Position numbers and translations under genes: made by a program
DNA from: an uncultured Candidatus Saccharibacteria bacterium
GTDB taxonomy: Bacteria; Patescibacteriota; Minisyncoccia; Phycocordibacterales; UBA9973
DNA length: 64,000 bases
Assembly: GCA_964634365.1 (NCBI GenBank)
Contig: CAZWJU010000001.1
Span: 21,858-85,857, forward strand
Reading direction: 5' to 3'
Notes under the pieces: model-generated
What the model was told of the DNA's origin: nothing
What the model saw: only the letters and a program-made list of their open reading frames with translations
The model's database searches: none
Shown: positions 27,906 to 38,700 of the stretch, piece after piece
Layout: every line of letters begins with the position of its first letter
Position numbering within the stretch: position 1 is the stretch's first letter

Positions 27906-28880
27906 ATGAATTTAAATAATTATAAAAAAATTATGTTGACTAGCTTGGTTGCTTTTGTGGTAGGGGGTTTGTCCGTATATTTTTATCACGGTCATGAATA
28001 TTCAGATAATTTAAATTTTTCTCAGGAACGTTTTACAGATGAATATGAGTTTATATCGCCACTTTTAGAGTGCGATAGTTTTGAATCTAAAGAATTGAAT
28101 TCTTTCGACGAAGATGTTTATGATTGGGCTAGCTTATTGATGGAAAACGGGTCTATAGACAACCTGTCGTATTATTTTCGAGACTTAAATAACGGTGTTT
28201 GGGTTGGTCTAAATGAGGAGGAGAAATTTGCACCAGCATCGCTCATGAAGTTACCATTGATGATTTCGTATCTAAAACAGTCTGAAAATGATTCGAGCTT
28301 ACTAAGTCAGTCATATATGTTTAATTTCGAAGACGATGCTTACAGTAAGCAAAATATTGTTCCAGATGAGCTGATGTCCGTAGGCGCATATTACACAGTA
28401 GAAGATCTAATATTTAGGATGATTGCTTATTCTGATAATTCTGCACTTAGTATTTTATTGAAGAATAGCGGTTTGTTTGGATTTCGGGTTTTCGATGATT
28501 TAAGCATAGAGCTACCTAAAGATAAAAATAATGAGGATTTTATGTCTACAAGAACTTATTCTAAATTTTTTAGAATTCTATACAACGGGTCATATTTGAG
28601 CTTTGCAAATTCCAACAAAGCGCTTGAGATTTTATCTAATACGCAATATAAAGATGGTATTGTCGCAGGTGTTCCAGAAGATGTGGTTGTGGCTCATAAA
28701 TTTGGTGAGAGGGAAAATAATGGTGTAAAGCAACTGCACGACTGTGGAATAGTTTATTATCCAAATAAGCCATATGTTCTATGTGTCATGACAAGAGGAG
28801 ATGATATAGATAAGATGTCTAGTGCCATAGCCACACTGTCTGAATATACATACAAAGAAGTTAGTAGTAGTTTCAAATAA
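27906..28880 (+). CDS. membrane-anchored serine hydrolase of the class A beta-lactamase / PBP fold
   Basis: 324 aa. N-terminal TM. SxxK (SLMK), SDN (YSDNSAL) and K[ST]G-like (HKFGE) motifs. Confidence 0.5.
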   Translation: MNLNNYKKIMLTSLVAFVVGGLSVYFYHGHEYSDNLNFSQERFTDEYEFISPLLECDSFESKELNSFDEDVYDWASLLMENGSIDNLSYYFRDLNNGVWVGLNEEEKFAPASLMKLPLMISYLKQSENDSSLLSQSYMFNFEDDAYSKQNIVPDELMSVGAYYTVEDLIFRMIAYSDNSALSILLKNSGLFGFRVFDDLSIELPKDKNNEDFMSTRTYSKFFRILYNGSYLSFANSNKALEILSNTQYKDGIVAGVPEDVVVAHKFGERENNGVKQLHDCGIVYYPNKPYVLCVMTRGDDIDKMSSAIATLSEYTYKEVSSSFK

Positions 28881-28897
28881 TCAGCAAAAAAGAAAAA

Positions 28898-29140
28898 TTA
28901 GAGATCTATAATCTCTAATTTTTCTTTTTTGCTGAGTCTTTTTATTTCTGCTTCGCGAGCTCTAGCCTTGCTATATGTTTTGTATTTTTCTGAGTATTTT
29001 AAAACAACGGGTCTGCGGATTTTTGTATAATGCGCACCAGACTTAAGGTTGTTGTGTGCGTAGATGCGTTTTTCTAAATCGGTAGTGGATCCTGTATACA
29101 AAGTCTTGTCGGAGCATTCGAGAATATATACAAAATACAT
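28898..29140 (-). CDS. GIY-YIG nuclease family protein (YhbQ/UPF0213-like)
   Basis: 80 aa. MYFVYILECSDKTLYTGSTTDLEKRIYAHN carries the GIY-YIG motifs. An intact paralog of the interrupted gene at 12768. A perfect roughly 25-bp inverted repeat at 28881-28936 separates it from the convergent upstream gene. Confidence 0.75.
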   Translation of the reverse strand: MYFVYILECSDKTLYTGSTTDLEKRIYAHNNLKSGAHYTKIRRPVVLKYSEKYKTYSKARAREAEIKRLSKKEKLEIIDL

Positions 29141-29156
29141 AATCAGATTTTATAGT

Positions 29157-30635
29157 TTATTTTTCTAAATCTAGTGTTTCATCGATTCTAATCTGGGATA
29201 CGAATTCTGGTACGTGCGATACGAGTATCATCGCTCCAGTATAAGCAGAAAGTGCTTTTGCAATCACAGGTAGGTGTCGGAAGTTTATGTGGTTTGTGGG
29301 TTCGTCTAGTATAAGTAGTCCAGGGCGTAGTAATACAAGTCTAGCAAAAGCCACCAAGCCTTTTTGTCCTTCGGACAGGGCGCCGATTTTTGTATTTATA
29401 ACATCACTTTTTATTAGAAAACTAGATGCTACTGCACGAAGTTTCTCTTGATCTACCTTCACTCCACTTTCAAGCATCGCATCAGCTAGACATTTGAATA
29501 CTGGATCGTCAAAATTTAGGGTTGAGAAGTCTTGTCGATAATATCCAACGCGGATATTTGGAGATATTTTTGCACCCTTTGCACGACCTGTTGCCATACT
29601 CTCTAGAAGTGTGCTTTTACCGATTCCGTTCGGTCCTTTTAGTAGCAGATGCTGATTTTTCTTGATTTTTATATTTGCAGTCCGTTCAATAATCTTGTGT
29701 GTAGATGGGTGCATAATTGTAAAAGAAGATATGTTCATTATTTCTCCTAAGATATCTTCTTGGGCAGGGATCGTAAAGTCACGAATTGTCTTATCTTCTT
29801 TTCGAACATCCACCATCTCTTCCTCTAGTTCCTCGGCGAGAGCTTTCATGCGTTTCGCTACAAGACGAAGCCTCCCACCTTTGTGGGCAAATTCGTTGGA
29901 CTTGTCTTTTTTTGCTTGAATTTGTTTTGCGAGTTGCGCATTTTTCATATTTTCTTTTTCAACTCGGGCAGATATGTCTTTTAAAACATCTTTGTAGTTA
30001 CCAACATACTGTTCAATTTTTCTAGTATATACATCTAAGTATAAAACCCCAGTAGAAAAAGCATTTAAAAAGTCTGCATCGTGTGAGATAACCATTACTG
30101 TCTTTTTGTAGTTAACCAAGAATTCTGTTAGGTGTTTTATCCCAGCGTGGTCTAGATTATTTGTAGGCTCGTCGAGTAGTAGTAAGTCTGGGTCTTGGAT
30201 TAGAGCTGATGCTAGTAGCAGGCGGGCCTGTTGGCCTCCAGAAAAAGTTTTTATCACTCGGTCGTGTACTTTTGCGTGACCTTTCAGATTTACAATCTCA
30301 AGCACTTCGTCGATTTTCGGGTCAATATCGTAAACTTTGCTCTTGAAACATTTCTGAAAAAAATCTCGCACAGTTAAATCCATATCTTCGCGTGGAATCA
30401 CTTGGCGAGCTATTGCGATAGATGTGCCTCCGACTATATTTATAGTTCCATTTTCAGGTTGATGTAGTCCAGTTATGAGTCCAAATATTGTACTTTTACC
30501 AGCACCGTTTTGTCCCATGATTGTAATCTTGCTTCCTTCGCGCAAAGTAAAACTCACCTCATCCAAGATTGGTTTGTTTGGTCCGTATTCAAATGTTACT
30601 CCTTCAAAACGGAGAATTGCTTCGTTTTTTGCCAT
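29157..30635 (-). CDS. ABC-F family ATPase (tandem ABC domains, no TMD; EttA/Uup-like)
   Basis: 492 aa. Two Walker A motifs (GQNGAGKST, GPNGIGKST). Two signature/Walker B sets. Roughly 80-aa charged inter-domain linker. Confidence 0.8.
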   Translation of the reverse strand: MAKNEAILRFEGVTFEYGPNKPILDEVSFTLREGSKITIMGQNGAGKSTIFGLITGLHQPENGTINIVGGTSIAIARQVIPREDMDLTVRDFFQKCFKSKVYDIDPKIDEVLEIVNLKGHAKVHDRVIKTFSGGQQARLLLASALIQDPDLLLLDEPTNNLDHAGIKHLTEFLVNYKKTVMVISHDADFLNAFSTGVLYLDVYTRKIEQYVGNYKDVLKDISARVEKENMKNAQLAKQIQAKKDKSNEFAHKGGRLRLVAKRMKALAEELEEEMVDVRKEDKTIRDFTIPAQEDILGEIMNISSFTIMHPSTHKIIERTANIKIKKNQHLLLKGPNGIGKSTLLESMATGRAKGAKISPNIRVGYYRQDFSTLNFDDPVFKCLADAMLESGVKVDQEKLRAVASSFLIKSDVINTKIGALSEGQKGLVAFARLVLLRPGLLILDEPTNHINFRHLPVIAKALSAYTGAMILVSHVPEFVSQIRIDETLDLEK

Positions 30636-30748
30636 ATGTCGTTTATTAGATTCTTGAGAATAGACTATAGCAGAAATTCTCTAAATTTCTAAATTTTCTT
30701 TGACACATTTTTTATTTATGTTATTTTTATAATCAAATAAAAAACAAC

Positions 30749-31342
30749 ATGAATATAGTTCTTTCAACTAGAAATCCTAGTAAAGCCCTCCAAATAAAAG
30801 AAATATTTTCCAACTCACTTATAAATATCCAAACGCTTGATGAAGTGGGCATAGAAGGCGAGGCGGTCGAAGATGGAGAAACCTTAAAGGAAAATGCGTT
30901 CAAGAAAGCTGTGTACGCCCTCGCTTTCGCACCCAAGTTTTCTTGGGTGATGGCCGAAGATACAGGTATATTTATCGACGCTCTAGATGGAGATCCAGGT
31001 ATCATATCTGCTAGGTGGGCAGGGGAAGGTAAAAGCACCTTAGATATAATGCAGTATTGCCTTCAGAAGATGGAAGGCATTGAAAACCGCACGGCTTATT
31101 TTGAAACTGTTGTAGCTTTGATTTCTCCAGAAGGTAAAGAATATTATTTTTCTGGAAAACTTTACGGTCAGTTACTAAAAGCTCCACGCACAAATCCACA
31201 GCCAAGCATGCCGTACAGTCCACTTTTTGTACCAAATGGACACAAGAAAGTTTGGGCCGAGATGAGCGTAGAAGAAGAGAATCAAATTTCTCATAGAGGC
31301 AAGGCGTTTCGCCAAGCTCTCGAATTTTTGCAAAAGTTTTAA
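30749..31342 (+). CDS. rdgB: non-canonical purine NTP pyrophosphatase (Ham1/RdgB family)
   Basis: 197 aa. N-terminal IVLSTRNPSKALQIKEI. Ham1 fold motifs. Terminator at 31344-31371. Confidence 0.75.
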   Translation: MNIVLSTRNPSKALQIKEIFSNSLINIQTLDEVGIEGEAVEDGETLKENAFKKAVYALAFAPKFSWVMAEDTGIFIDALDGDPGIISARWAGEGKSTLDIMQYCLQKMEGIENRTAYFETVVALISPEGKEYYFSGKLYGQLLKAPRTNPQPSMPYSPLFVPNGHKKVWAEMSVEEENQISHRGKAFRQALEFLQKF

Positions 31343-31407
31343 ACAAAAACCTCCCAAGCGGGAGGTTTTTTAAATTTAAATTTTATTTTTCTGTAATCAC
31401 AATAAGT

Positions 31408-31607
31408 GCTGCGGGACCTGGACTCGGTCACGAGTTACTAAGTCTGCTCGTATGAGTACATACTGCGCGGACTAAGTACTCGCGACCCCGACTCGGCGAC
31501 AAGCACTCGCTCCGCTCGTCTTGTATACCGCCTCCGTCTTTCTCGTCCAATTCCGGCGAGCAATCGAGCATAATTTTTTATAAAGAAATTTATAAAAAAT
31601 TTCGCTT
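31408..31607. repeat. copy C of the miniature element family, with an 19-nt copy of a tRNA-Gln-type 3' end (gctgcgggacctggactcg) at its outer border
   Basis: Hairpin GGTCACGAGTTACTAAGTC...GACTAAGTACTCGCGACC, then the conserved core CCGACTCGGCGACAAGCACTCGCTCCGCTCGTCTTGTATACCGCCTCCGTCTTTC (near-identical to 6.2 kb). It abuts the tRNA-Gln 3'-half fragment. Confidence 0.6.
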
Positions 31608-31609
31608 GC

Positions 31610-31660
31610 TGCCAGACCTGGACTCGAACCAAGATAACCTCCTCCAGAGTTTCACCTATT
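31610..31660 (-). other. tRNA-Gln-like 3' half (anticodon loop to 3' end; acceptor TCTGGCA)
   Basis: Reverse complement CTCTGGAGGAGGTTATCTTGGTTCGAGTCCAGGTCTGGCA. Identical to the 3' half of the intact tRNA-Gln except for the acceptor strand. Confidence 0.6.
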
Positions 31661-31679
31661 ACTGATTTTCTATTCAAAG

Positions 31680-31750
31680 CTGGGAGACCTGGACTCGAAC
31701 CAAGATAACCTCCTCCAGAGGGAGGTGTCCTACCATTAGACGATCTCCCA
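31680..31750 (-). tRNA. tRNA-Gln (anticodon CTG), CCA not encoded
   Basis: Reverse complement TGGGAGATCGTCTAATGGTAGGACACCTCCCTCTGGAGGAGGTTATCTTGGTTCGAGTCCAGGTCTCCCAG. Flanked by 11-nt inverted repeats TATTCAAAGC/GCTTTGAATA. Confidence 0.8.
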
Positions 31751-31819
31751 GCTTTGAATATAAAATAACAGTAATTTCCTACGGAACCGGATGAAAATGA
31801 AAACTGATTCATTTTCATT

Positions 31820-31841
31820 CCTACCATTAGACGATCTGGCA
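31820..31841 (-). other. tRNA-Gln-like 5' fragment (acceptor TGCCAGA + D-arm), complementary partner of the 3' half at 31610-31660
   Basis: Reverse complement TGCCAGATCGTCTAATGGTAGG. Its acceptor strand pairs perfectly with TCTGGCA of the downstream 3' half. Confidence 0.55.
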
Positions 31842-31926
31842 ATATTCTTAACACGTTCACAATACTATATTGGAGCTTTATTTTCAACGATTTTGAAAAT
31901 ACTCAAATAGCATCTATACTTGATGT

Positions 31927-32553
31927 GTGGAAAATAAAAATACAGAAACAAACGTTCGTTTAGTCTTAGCACAAATAGGTGTGATTTTTGTTTTACCTGT
32001 GCTCTTGCTTTATTTTGGATTGGTTCCAGAATCTTGGAGAATAGTCGTGCTTTTTATATCCTCGCTTTTTATTTATGGAATTATAAAATATGAACGCTGG
32101 GAACAAAAAGATTTTGGATACAGAATAGACAATTTTCGCCATGCACTTTTGCCTTATACAGCGTTTACTTTAGTTGGGGTTACATTGATTATTTGGTTTG
32201 CAGATCAAAACGGTATGACTCCTGTAGAAGGTTGGTGGACTAACCCACATTTTTTGTATTTATTTTTAATAGTCTCTTTTTTACAAGAGTTTGCCTTTAG
32301 AGGATTCTTGATTCCACTGCTTAAAAAAGTTTTTAAAGATAGGTTAGGTATAGTTTTGATCAACGCTCTACTTTTTACACTTATTCATATTCTTTATCCG
32401 GTCCCGACCATCATGTTGCCTCTAGCTTTTATTGGAGGCTTGGGTTTTGCGACTTTATACATGATCTATCCAAATTTGATTTTGATCAGTCTTGCGCATG
32501 CAGTTTTAAATTTTGTCGCTGTACTTTTTGGTTTTTTCGTAATAATCTCATAA
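31927..32553 (+). CDS. CPBP-family intramembrane metalloprotease (CAAX protease / Abi-like)
   Basis: 208 aa, multi-TM. EExxFRG motif (QEFAFRGFL) and conserved His (FTLIHI). Confidence 0.7.
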   Translation: MENKNTETNVRLVLAQIGVIFVLPVLLLYFGLVPESWRIVVLFISSLFIYGIIKYERWEQKDFGYRIDNFRHALLPYTAFTLVGVTLIIWFADQNGMTPVEGWWTNPHFLYLFLIVSFLQEFAFRGFLIPLLKKVFKDRLGIVLINALLFTLIHILYPVPTIMLPLAFIGGLGFATLYMIYPNLILISLAHAVLNFVAVLFGFFVIIS

Positions 32554-32554
32554 C

Positions 32555-33199
32555 ATGCTTGAACAATTAACACTATACGTACAGAACTCAATCCTACCTC
32601 TAGGAGCGTTAGGAGTTTTTACAGGTTCTATTATAGAAGAGGTTATTGCTATCATACCTTCATATATAGTGCAGATGGGCGGAGGATTTTTGCTTATGGG
32701 AGTTGATCCTATAAGTTTTGTGTCTCTGTTGAAACTTTTTCTTTTAGTAATAATCCCAGCTTCGCTTGGAGTTACTGTTGGTTCTATATTTGTGTATTAT
32801 TTAGTTTTAAAAGGCGGGGAGCCGATGGTGCGAAAATTTGGCTGGATACTTGGAGTGAGTTGGGAGTCTATAGAACTCTTTGTTGCTAAACAGCGTTCTA
32901 GAGGTAACGATACGCTAATTGTTTTTATTTTTAGAACACTACCTTTCATACCTAGTGTTGTTGTGTGTGCATATGCAGGGATTATAGGTATGAGTATGAC
33001 TAGATATATGGTGTTAACTTTTTTTGGAACTCTCATACGCGCGGCAGTTTTAGGTTTTATGGGCTGGCAAAGTGGAGTAGCGTATGAAAAATACGGTAAG
33101 GAGATTCAGGGATTTGAGCATATCGGCCTATATGTGATTGGTTTTATAGTTATACTTTTTATTTTCTTGCAGTTTAGAAAAAATAGACTAAATAAATAG
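32555..33199 (+). CDS. DedA/TVP38 (VTT-domain) family membrane protein
   Basis: 214 aa, multi-TM. FRTLPFIPSVVVCAYAGIIGMSMTRY resembles the DedA core. Confidence 0.55.
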   Translation: MLEQLTLYVQNSILPLGALGVFTGSIIEEVIAIIPSYIVQMGGGFLLMGVDPISFVSLLKLFLLVIIPASLGVTVGSIFVYYLVLKGGEPMVRKFGWILGVSWESIELFVAKQRSRGNDTLIVFIFRTLPFIPSVVVCAYAGIIGMSMTRYMVLTFFGTLIRAAVLGFMGWQSGVAYEKYGKEIQGFEHIGLYVIGFIVILFIFLQFRKNRLNK

Positions 33200-33243
33200 T
33201 TTTACCCTTCTTAGAGAAGTGCAAATTGTGCTATAATTTCTCT

Positions 33244-35769
33244 ATGTTTTTTCGTCGTAGAGCCGGGACGAGTCATATTAAAAATACATGGATAGAAGAT
33301 ATTACGATTTCTGGTAAATCTAAGGTTCTTTCTCTGCGTCCAACATATTTTGTAATACGAATTGATAAACAAAAGATACGCGAACTTTTCAGTAAAGATA
33401 AATATTTTATAGGTTACGGCTTGGTTGTTTTGATTGTACTAGCAGTTTCATCTCTCTCTAATCCTACAAAAGCCGATGTTGTAAATTTCTATCCGACTAG
33501 CTGTCTTGGTGGATGGGAAAATCCTGAAAATGCAACCGGCGCTCCTAGTTTAGATAAAGACGAAAATTTAGAATCTTTCAATGAAGAAAATTCAGCTCGC
33601 ATGCGTGGCACTTCTGATATCTTTTGTGGAGGATTTGAAGGTGAGATACCTCCAGAGGCAGTTGCAAATTCTTTTTCTTTGAGTTTTAGAATATCTGTTG
33701 ACGATGGGTCTGTTGAACATAAAAAAACTGAAGTTCTTGTTGTGCCAGAAACAGAAGAGGTGCGAGTTGGCACTGATAATATAGAGCTCATAGAAATAGA
33801 AAGCTCAGATACAGAAAACCAATCTATTGATCCGACGGAAAACCAAGAAGTGTCTATTGAGCAAGATTCAACAAACACAGCAGAAACAGAGGAAGTTTCA
33901 ATACCAGAGTCAGAGATACCTACAGAAGATGTTCAAGTTGAAGCCCCAGCGCAAGAATCTCCAGAGCCAGAAAATTCACCAGAGTCAACTCCTGATACAA
34001 CAGAGTCTTCCGGTGAGTCTGCATTTTTGAGATTTTTTACAAGGAGAGTTCATGCTGAGGGCGAGGTTGTAACAGATTTAGAAGTTGCTGAAGATATTGT
34101 GTCACCGCAAGTTGAAGAAGCACCAGCTCAAGACACTATTTCAATCGAGGAGTCTGTTGTAGACGAACAATCTGCTGTTGAAAATCAAACTTCAGAACAA
34201 ATAGACACTGGACTAGAAGAGGTAATAAATATAGATAGATCTTCATCTGAAAATGATGAAATCGATTCGAGTGTCTCTGAAGATGGTAACACAGGAGATT
34301 TGGCAGAAGTTGTACCAAATGACGCAATACTTAAAATTATTTACACACTAGACGGAGAAAAATGGGTTTCACTCGGTTACATATCCATGAGCTCTTGGAA
34401 AGATTTGAAATTTAGTATTCCCTTAACAGATTGGTCTAGTGTGTCTAGTTTTCAAATAAAACTAGAACAGATTTCTAGTTACGACGAGAGACCTGTTGTT
34501 TTCTTGGATTCAATTATTCTTTCAGCTGAGTACGACGGACTAGGAGAAGATCCTATCAGACAACCAGACTTTGGAACAGATGTAATTTTGTATGATAAAA
34601 CAGTCGATGACATAAGAGTTATAAAAATACTACGCAACGATATACCAATGATTTGGTATACAAAAATTCCTCCACCAGTCGATTTACCTGAAGGAAAAAT
34701 ATTAGAAGAGCAAGATGGAGTGGAGATTATAATGGCTACAGATGATACTCCTATAGTGGACACAGAAACTCCAACAGATTCTTCTGGCGAGGGAGACGTT
34801 ACGTTGCCTGTGGAAGAGCCTGCGAGCGAGGTATTACCAACAGAAACTATACCTGAAAATCAAGATACGAATTCAACAGAAGAAGGTGCAGAAATAATAT
34901 CTTTTGTTAGAAAAATTAAAAATATTTTTGGTGTATTACAAGTTTATGCCGAAGGTGAAGAAGGCGGAGCTTCCGATGGAGGTTCTTCTGATAGTGGCGG
35001 AGGAGATAGTTCTTCTCAAGGAGGAGATTCATCTAGTACAACAAGCGAGAATGGTTCAGATTCAAGTAGTTCAGAATCTTCTTCTAGTGAATCAAATTCT
35101 TCGTCTGGTGCAGAAGAGAGTGTTAGTTCTATTGATCCTACGGATACAAATAATTCTGAAAATTCTGTTACGGAAGATTCTTTGGTTGAAGAAAACAATT
35201 CTGTTGTATCAGAATCTGATATTACAACAGATAATCAAGTAAGTGATTCAATAAACAAGGTTTTAGATGATATAAATATTGGTGAGGGTGGTAATATTAT
35301 TATTGATACTATTAACAAATACGATAACAGTGATATTAAGATTACAGAAGATCTTTTGTTGAGTACAACAGAAGAAATTATTCCTGGTTTAACACCTATT
35401 TTATATACAGAAGAGCAGATTATGGAAGAGAGGGCGAGTGGTGTGGAGTGGAATTTGGTTGCTGTAGGAGAATCTATTGATACATCAACACCTGTGGATG
35501 TAAGTGGAGGTATAATATTTTGGTTTGGGCCTGGTAAAAGTGTAATTTATCAGTACAACACAGCCTCAGGAGGAATATCTTCTGAAGGTGTCAGTGTAAC
35601 TACTGATTCGGAGGTAAAATATTTAGAGCCAAATGGTGATGTGTCTGAGGTGTCTATAGATATTCAAGATTCTGAAATAATTACACCAAAAGAAGAAATA
35701 GAAAGACAAGAAGCTATATTAGAATCAGAAAATAGTCAGACTAATATTATAGATACTGTTGACATATAA
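33244..35769 (+). CDS. large acidic Ser/Asp/Glu-rich cell-surface protein (N-terminal TM anchor)
   Basis: About 841 aa from the Met at 33244. TM helix GLVVLIVLAVSSL. Long low-complexity acidic tracts (SDGGSSDSGGGDSSSQGGDSSS...). No enzymatic motif. Confidence 0.5.
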   Translation: MFFRRRAGTSHIKNTWIEDITISGKSKVLSLRPTYFVIRIDKQKIRELFSKDKYFIGYGLVVLIVLAVSSLSNPTKADVVNFYPTSCLGGWENPENATGAPSLDKDENLESFNEENSARMRGTSDIFCGGFEGEIPPEAVANSFSLSFRISVDDGSVEHKKTEVLVVPETEEVRVGTDNIELIEIESSDTENQSIDPTENQEVSIEQDSTNTAETEEVSIPESEIPTEDVQVEAPAQESPEPENSPESTPDTTESSGESAFLRFFTRRVHAEGEVVTDLEVAEDIVSPQVEEAPAQDTISIEESVVDEQSAVENQTSEQIDTGLEEVINIDRSSSENDEIDSSVSEDGNTGDLAEVVPNDAILKIIYTLDGEKWVSLGYISMSSWKDLKFSIPLTDWSSVSSFQIKLEQISSYDERPVVFLDSIILSAEYDGLGEDPIRQPDFGTDVILYDKTVDDIRVIKILRNDIPMIWYTKIPPPVDLPEGKILEEQDGVEIIMATDDTPIVDTETPTDSSGEGDVTLPVEEPASEVLPTETIPENQDTNSTEEGAEIISFVRKIKNIFGVLQVYAEGEEGGASDGGSSDSGGGDSSSQGGDSSSTTSENGSDSSSSESSSSESNSSSGAEESVSSIDPTDTNNSENSVTEDSLVEENNSVVSESDITTDNQVSDSINKVLDDINIGEGGNIIIDTINKYDNSDIKITEDLLLSTTEEIIPGLTPILYTEEQIMEERASGVEWNLVAVGESIDTSTPVDVSGGIIFWFGPGKSVIYQYNTASGGISSEGVSVTTDSEVKYLEPNGDVSEVSIDIQDSEIITPKEEIERQEAILESENSQTNIIDTVDI

Positions 35770-38700
35770 CACACAAACAATGTATTTTTTGAAACCGAAA
35801 AGAAAAATAAAATCATTATTTAAGATATTTAATTTTAAAAAAATATTGGTTTTTATTTTTACAATAATGTTTTTATCCAGTGGTCTTACAGACTTGGTTT
35901 TGATGCGTGTGCTAGAAAAGAGATCAGACGATCCTGTTATGAAAAGTGCTGAAGCTGCTACCTATCAATTTTTCCCTACAGATGTAACAGTTGAAACTGG
36001 TACAGAGCAAACAGTTACTTCTCAGACCGCTGCTGCGGCTGAAGGTACAAACTTGGGTTCGCACACAGCGTTGCTAGGAAACGATGCTTTTCATTGGGCT
36101 GTTGCCTCGACTACTTCGGGTGTGTCTATGATCACAACTGTCGGTGGGGTAAACCTAAACGGTGCGAATAAGCTCGACATAGGTACGGAAATAGACTTAG
36201 ATGCAACTATTCCAGTTATAAGTTTTCAGATTTGTGACTGGAGAGATTCGACTAGTGTGAACAATGCCGCAGACGCAAACTGTACAACAGGTGGATGGAG
36301 GACTATCAATACAAAGAGCTTGACCAATACCGATGTGACTATTACTGGTACATCTACACTTCAGCTACGTTGGCAGATATACAACGGATATTTTTATAAT
36401 GGTTCAACGAATGGAGGAACACTGATTGACACACCGCTTGCAAACTTCGTTAGTGATTCAAATGAAATAAAAATTCGCTACTATGCAACAACAAATACCA
36501 CTTCTGTTGTGTCTATAGATTACCTCACAGTTTTTGCATATATCGACTCTATATACTATGCAAATTCATATTCAGATCTAACTGATGGTTCTGGTGGAAC
36601 AGAAAACGGAATAATCCCAAACACCATACCGGTTGTGAACACGGCCACGGCTTTTGCTTCGGCTGGTACAAACGACAACACTCGTTTCAGTGTCGCAGTA
36701 ACAACTCCTGCTAACAACCCAGACTTCTATTTGTCGTATAAAAATGTAAAACAGTATACAGGTATGAACACTATACTTTTAGGAACTTCGGTGAGTTGTA
36801 ACTCCGCTACTACAATACAAGCATATATTTATGACTTTACTGCAACCACCTGGGACACACTAGGCTCTGCTGTGTCGTGTACCACATCGGATGTGGATTA
36901 TCGTTTTGCTCACAACACAGTAGCTGACGCAGGCTTTGTTTTGAATGATTTCATATCAGACGGAGAGATTCGTATAAGATGGACCACAACTGCCGATGTT
37001 TCAAACAACGGTATAAGACTCGATTGGCAATATGTGATGCTCGGCTCTGTAAACTCGGATTCATCTTTGTGTGAAATATCTTTTGGTACAGGAACTGCAA
37101 CAAACTGCACAAACACTCGCGGTATGGATACAAACGGGTCTACAACATCTTTTGATATTGCAGGAGAGGATGAATCTGCAACTATGGGTACAGGAGAAGC
37201 GAATTCATTTTATGTGGCTGATACTGACCAAGACACGACTGTAGAAGAGGGTGTTTCTGCAAACATATCTTTTCCTATAACTGTGCCTACAAACGCTCAA
37301 GTGGTGGGTATAAACTGGGCGAGTCGGGAGACTTCGCGCAGTACAGGAACAACACAGGTTATAAATAGTGTTAGAGATTATTCTGGTTTTACCTCTACAG
37401 CAGGTGGATGGACCGATGTTGGTGCCGCTGTAAACGCCACAACTCAAACATATCAGGATACAGTAACACAAGGAGCGGTACTTTTGTGGGGACAACAAAT
37501 AAACCCAGAAGATTATGTAGATACAGTAAATGGTCGCATGAATATGCGTTTACGTACCTCGACATCTGGTGCAACAACTGACAACTCTACAACTGCTTGG
37601 GACTTTGCGATGATGTCTATACAGTGGATAGAAGATTCGTATAATCCTACAGTGACTTATCAATTTGCTCCAACAGGACAAACTCTTGTTACAGGCACTG
37701 ATACACAAGCAAACAACACTATTGCCGCTGGTGCAAACGGTGCAAACACTGGTTCGTGGAAGGGAACTCTTGCTGACGACAACAGGCATTGGGAGCTTAC
37801 TGGTACAGCTAGTGGTATAGATGTTCAGCTTTATATGAATGGTGTAAAGATAAATGGAGCTAATACAATTATTGTTCAATCTGAAATAGACGTCGACGCA
37901 ACTGCACCAGCACTTTTGATCCAGATATGTGATTGGGTGTCCACGACAAGTGTTGACCATGCAGCTGACGCCCAGTGTACTGGTGGTGGCTGGAGAACAC
38001 TTAACTCGCGTGATGTGACTGTTACTCCGACAACTGCAACCGCATATACATGGAATGTATACGATGGTAAATGGTCAAATGGTTCCAACACTCCGGTTTC
38101 TACTCCACTTTCAAACTTTGTTACAACGGATTCAAACAAGAGAGTTCTTATAAGATACTACTCAACAACAAACGCAACAACAGCAAGTAACTTCGCAATA
38201 GATTATTTGCGTATTTTCCCTGTTATTAATCCTGTGTACGAAGCAGGCGACGCAACTGCTCTTACAAACTCTTTTACAGGAGATTACACAAGCACAAACA
38301 CTGTGACTCAGGGTGCAGCTGACAACACAGACCTTCAGTGTCTTGGTACAACAGGAGGTCCAGACTGCTATTTGTCATTTTTTAATGTAAAAACATACCC
38401 GAGCATGAACACTATACTTGCACGATCGGAGTTTGCTTGTTCGGTTGGGGGTACTGCGCCTGAAGTCAAGATGGCATTTTACAATTTCACGACAGCAGGA
38501 TGGACAGATATCATAAATGAAATCGCTTCGTGTAGCACCACTGACACTGTTCGCATAGGAGCGGTGAATAATATTACAATAGGTGATTATGTACACAATG
38601 GTGAAGTAAGACTTAGATACTATCGTTCAAGTGGAACTGATACTGGTGCAATACAAATAGACTATGCATATATTATGGCTGGTACTACGAACTCTGATTC

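Noticed and set aside
29157-30635. Antibiotic-resistance ABC-F (ARE) designation
   Set aside because: The linker length is intermediate, and no neighbouring resistance context is present. It cannot be distinguished from housekeeping EttA/Uup-type factors from sequence alone.
31438-31887. 149-aa minus-strand ORF spanning the tRNA-Gln locus
   Set aside because: It is translated through an intact tRNA gene, tRNA fragments and the repeat element, so it is spurious.
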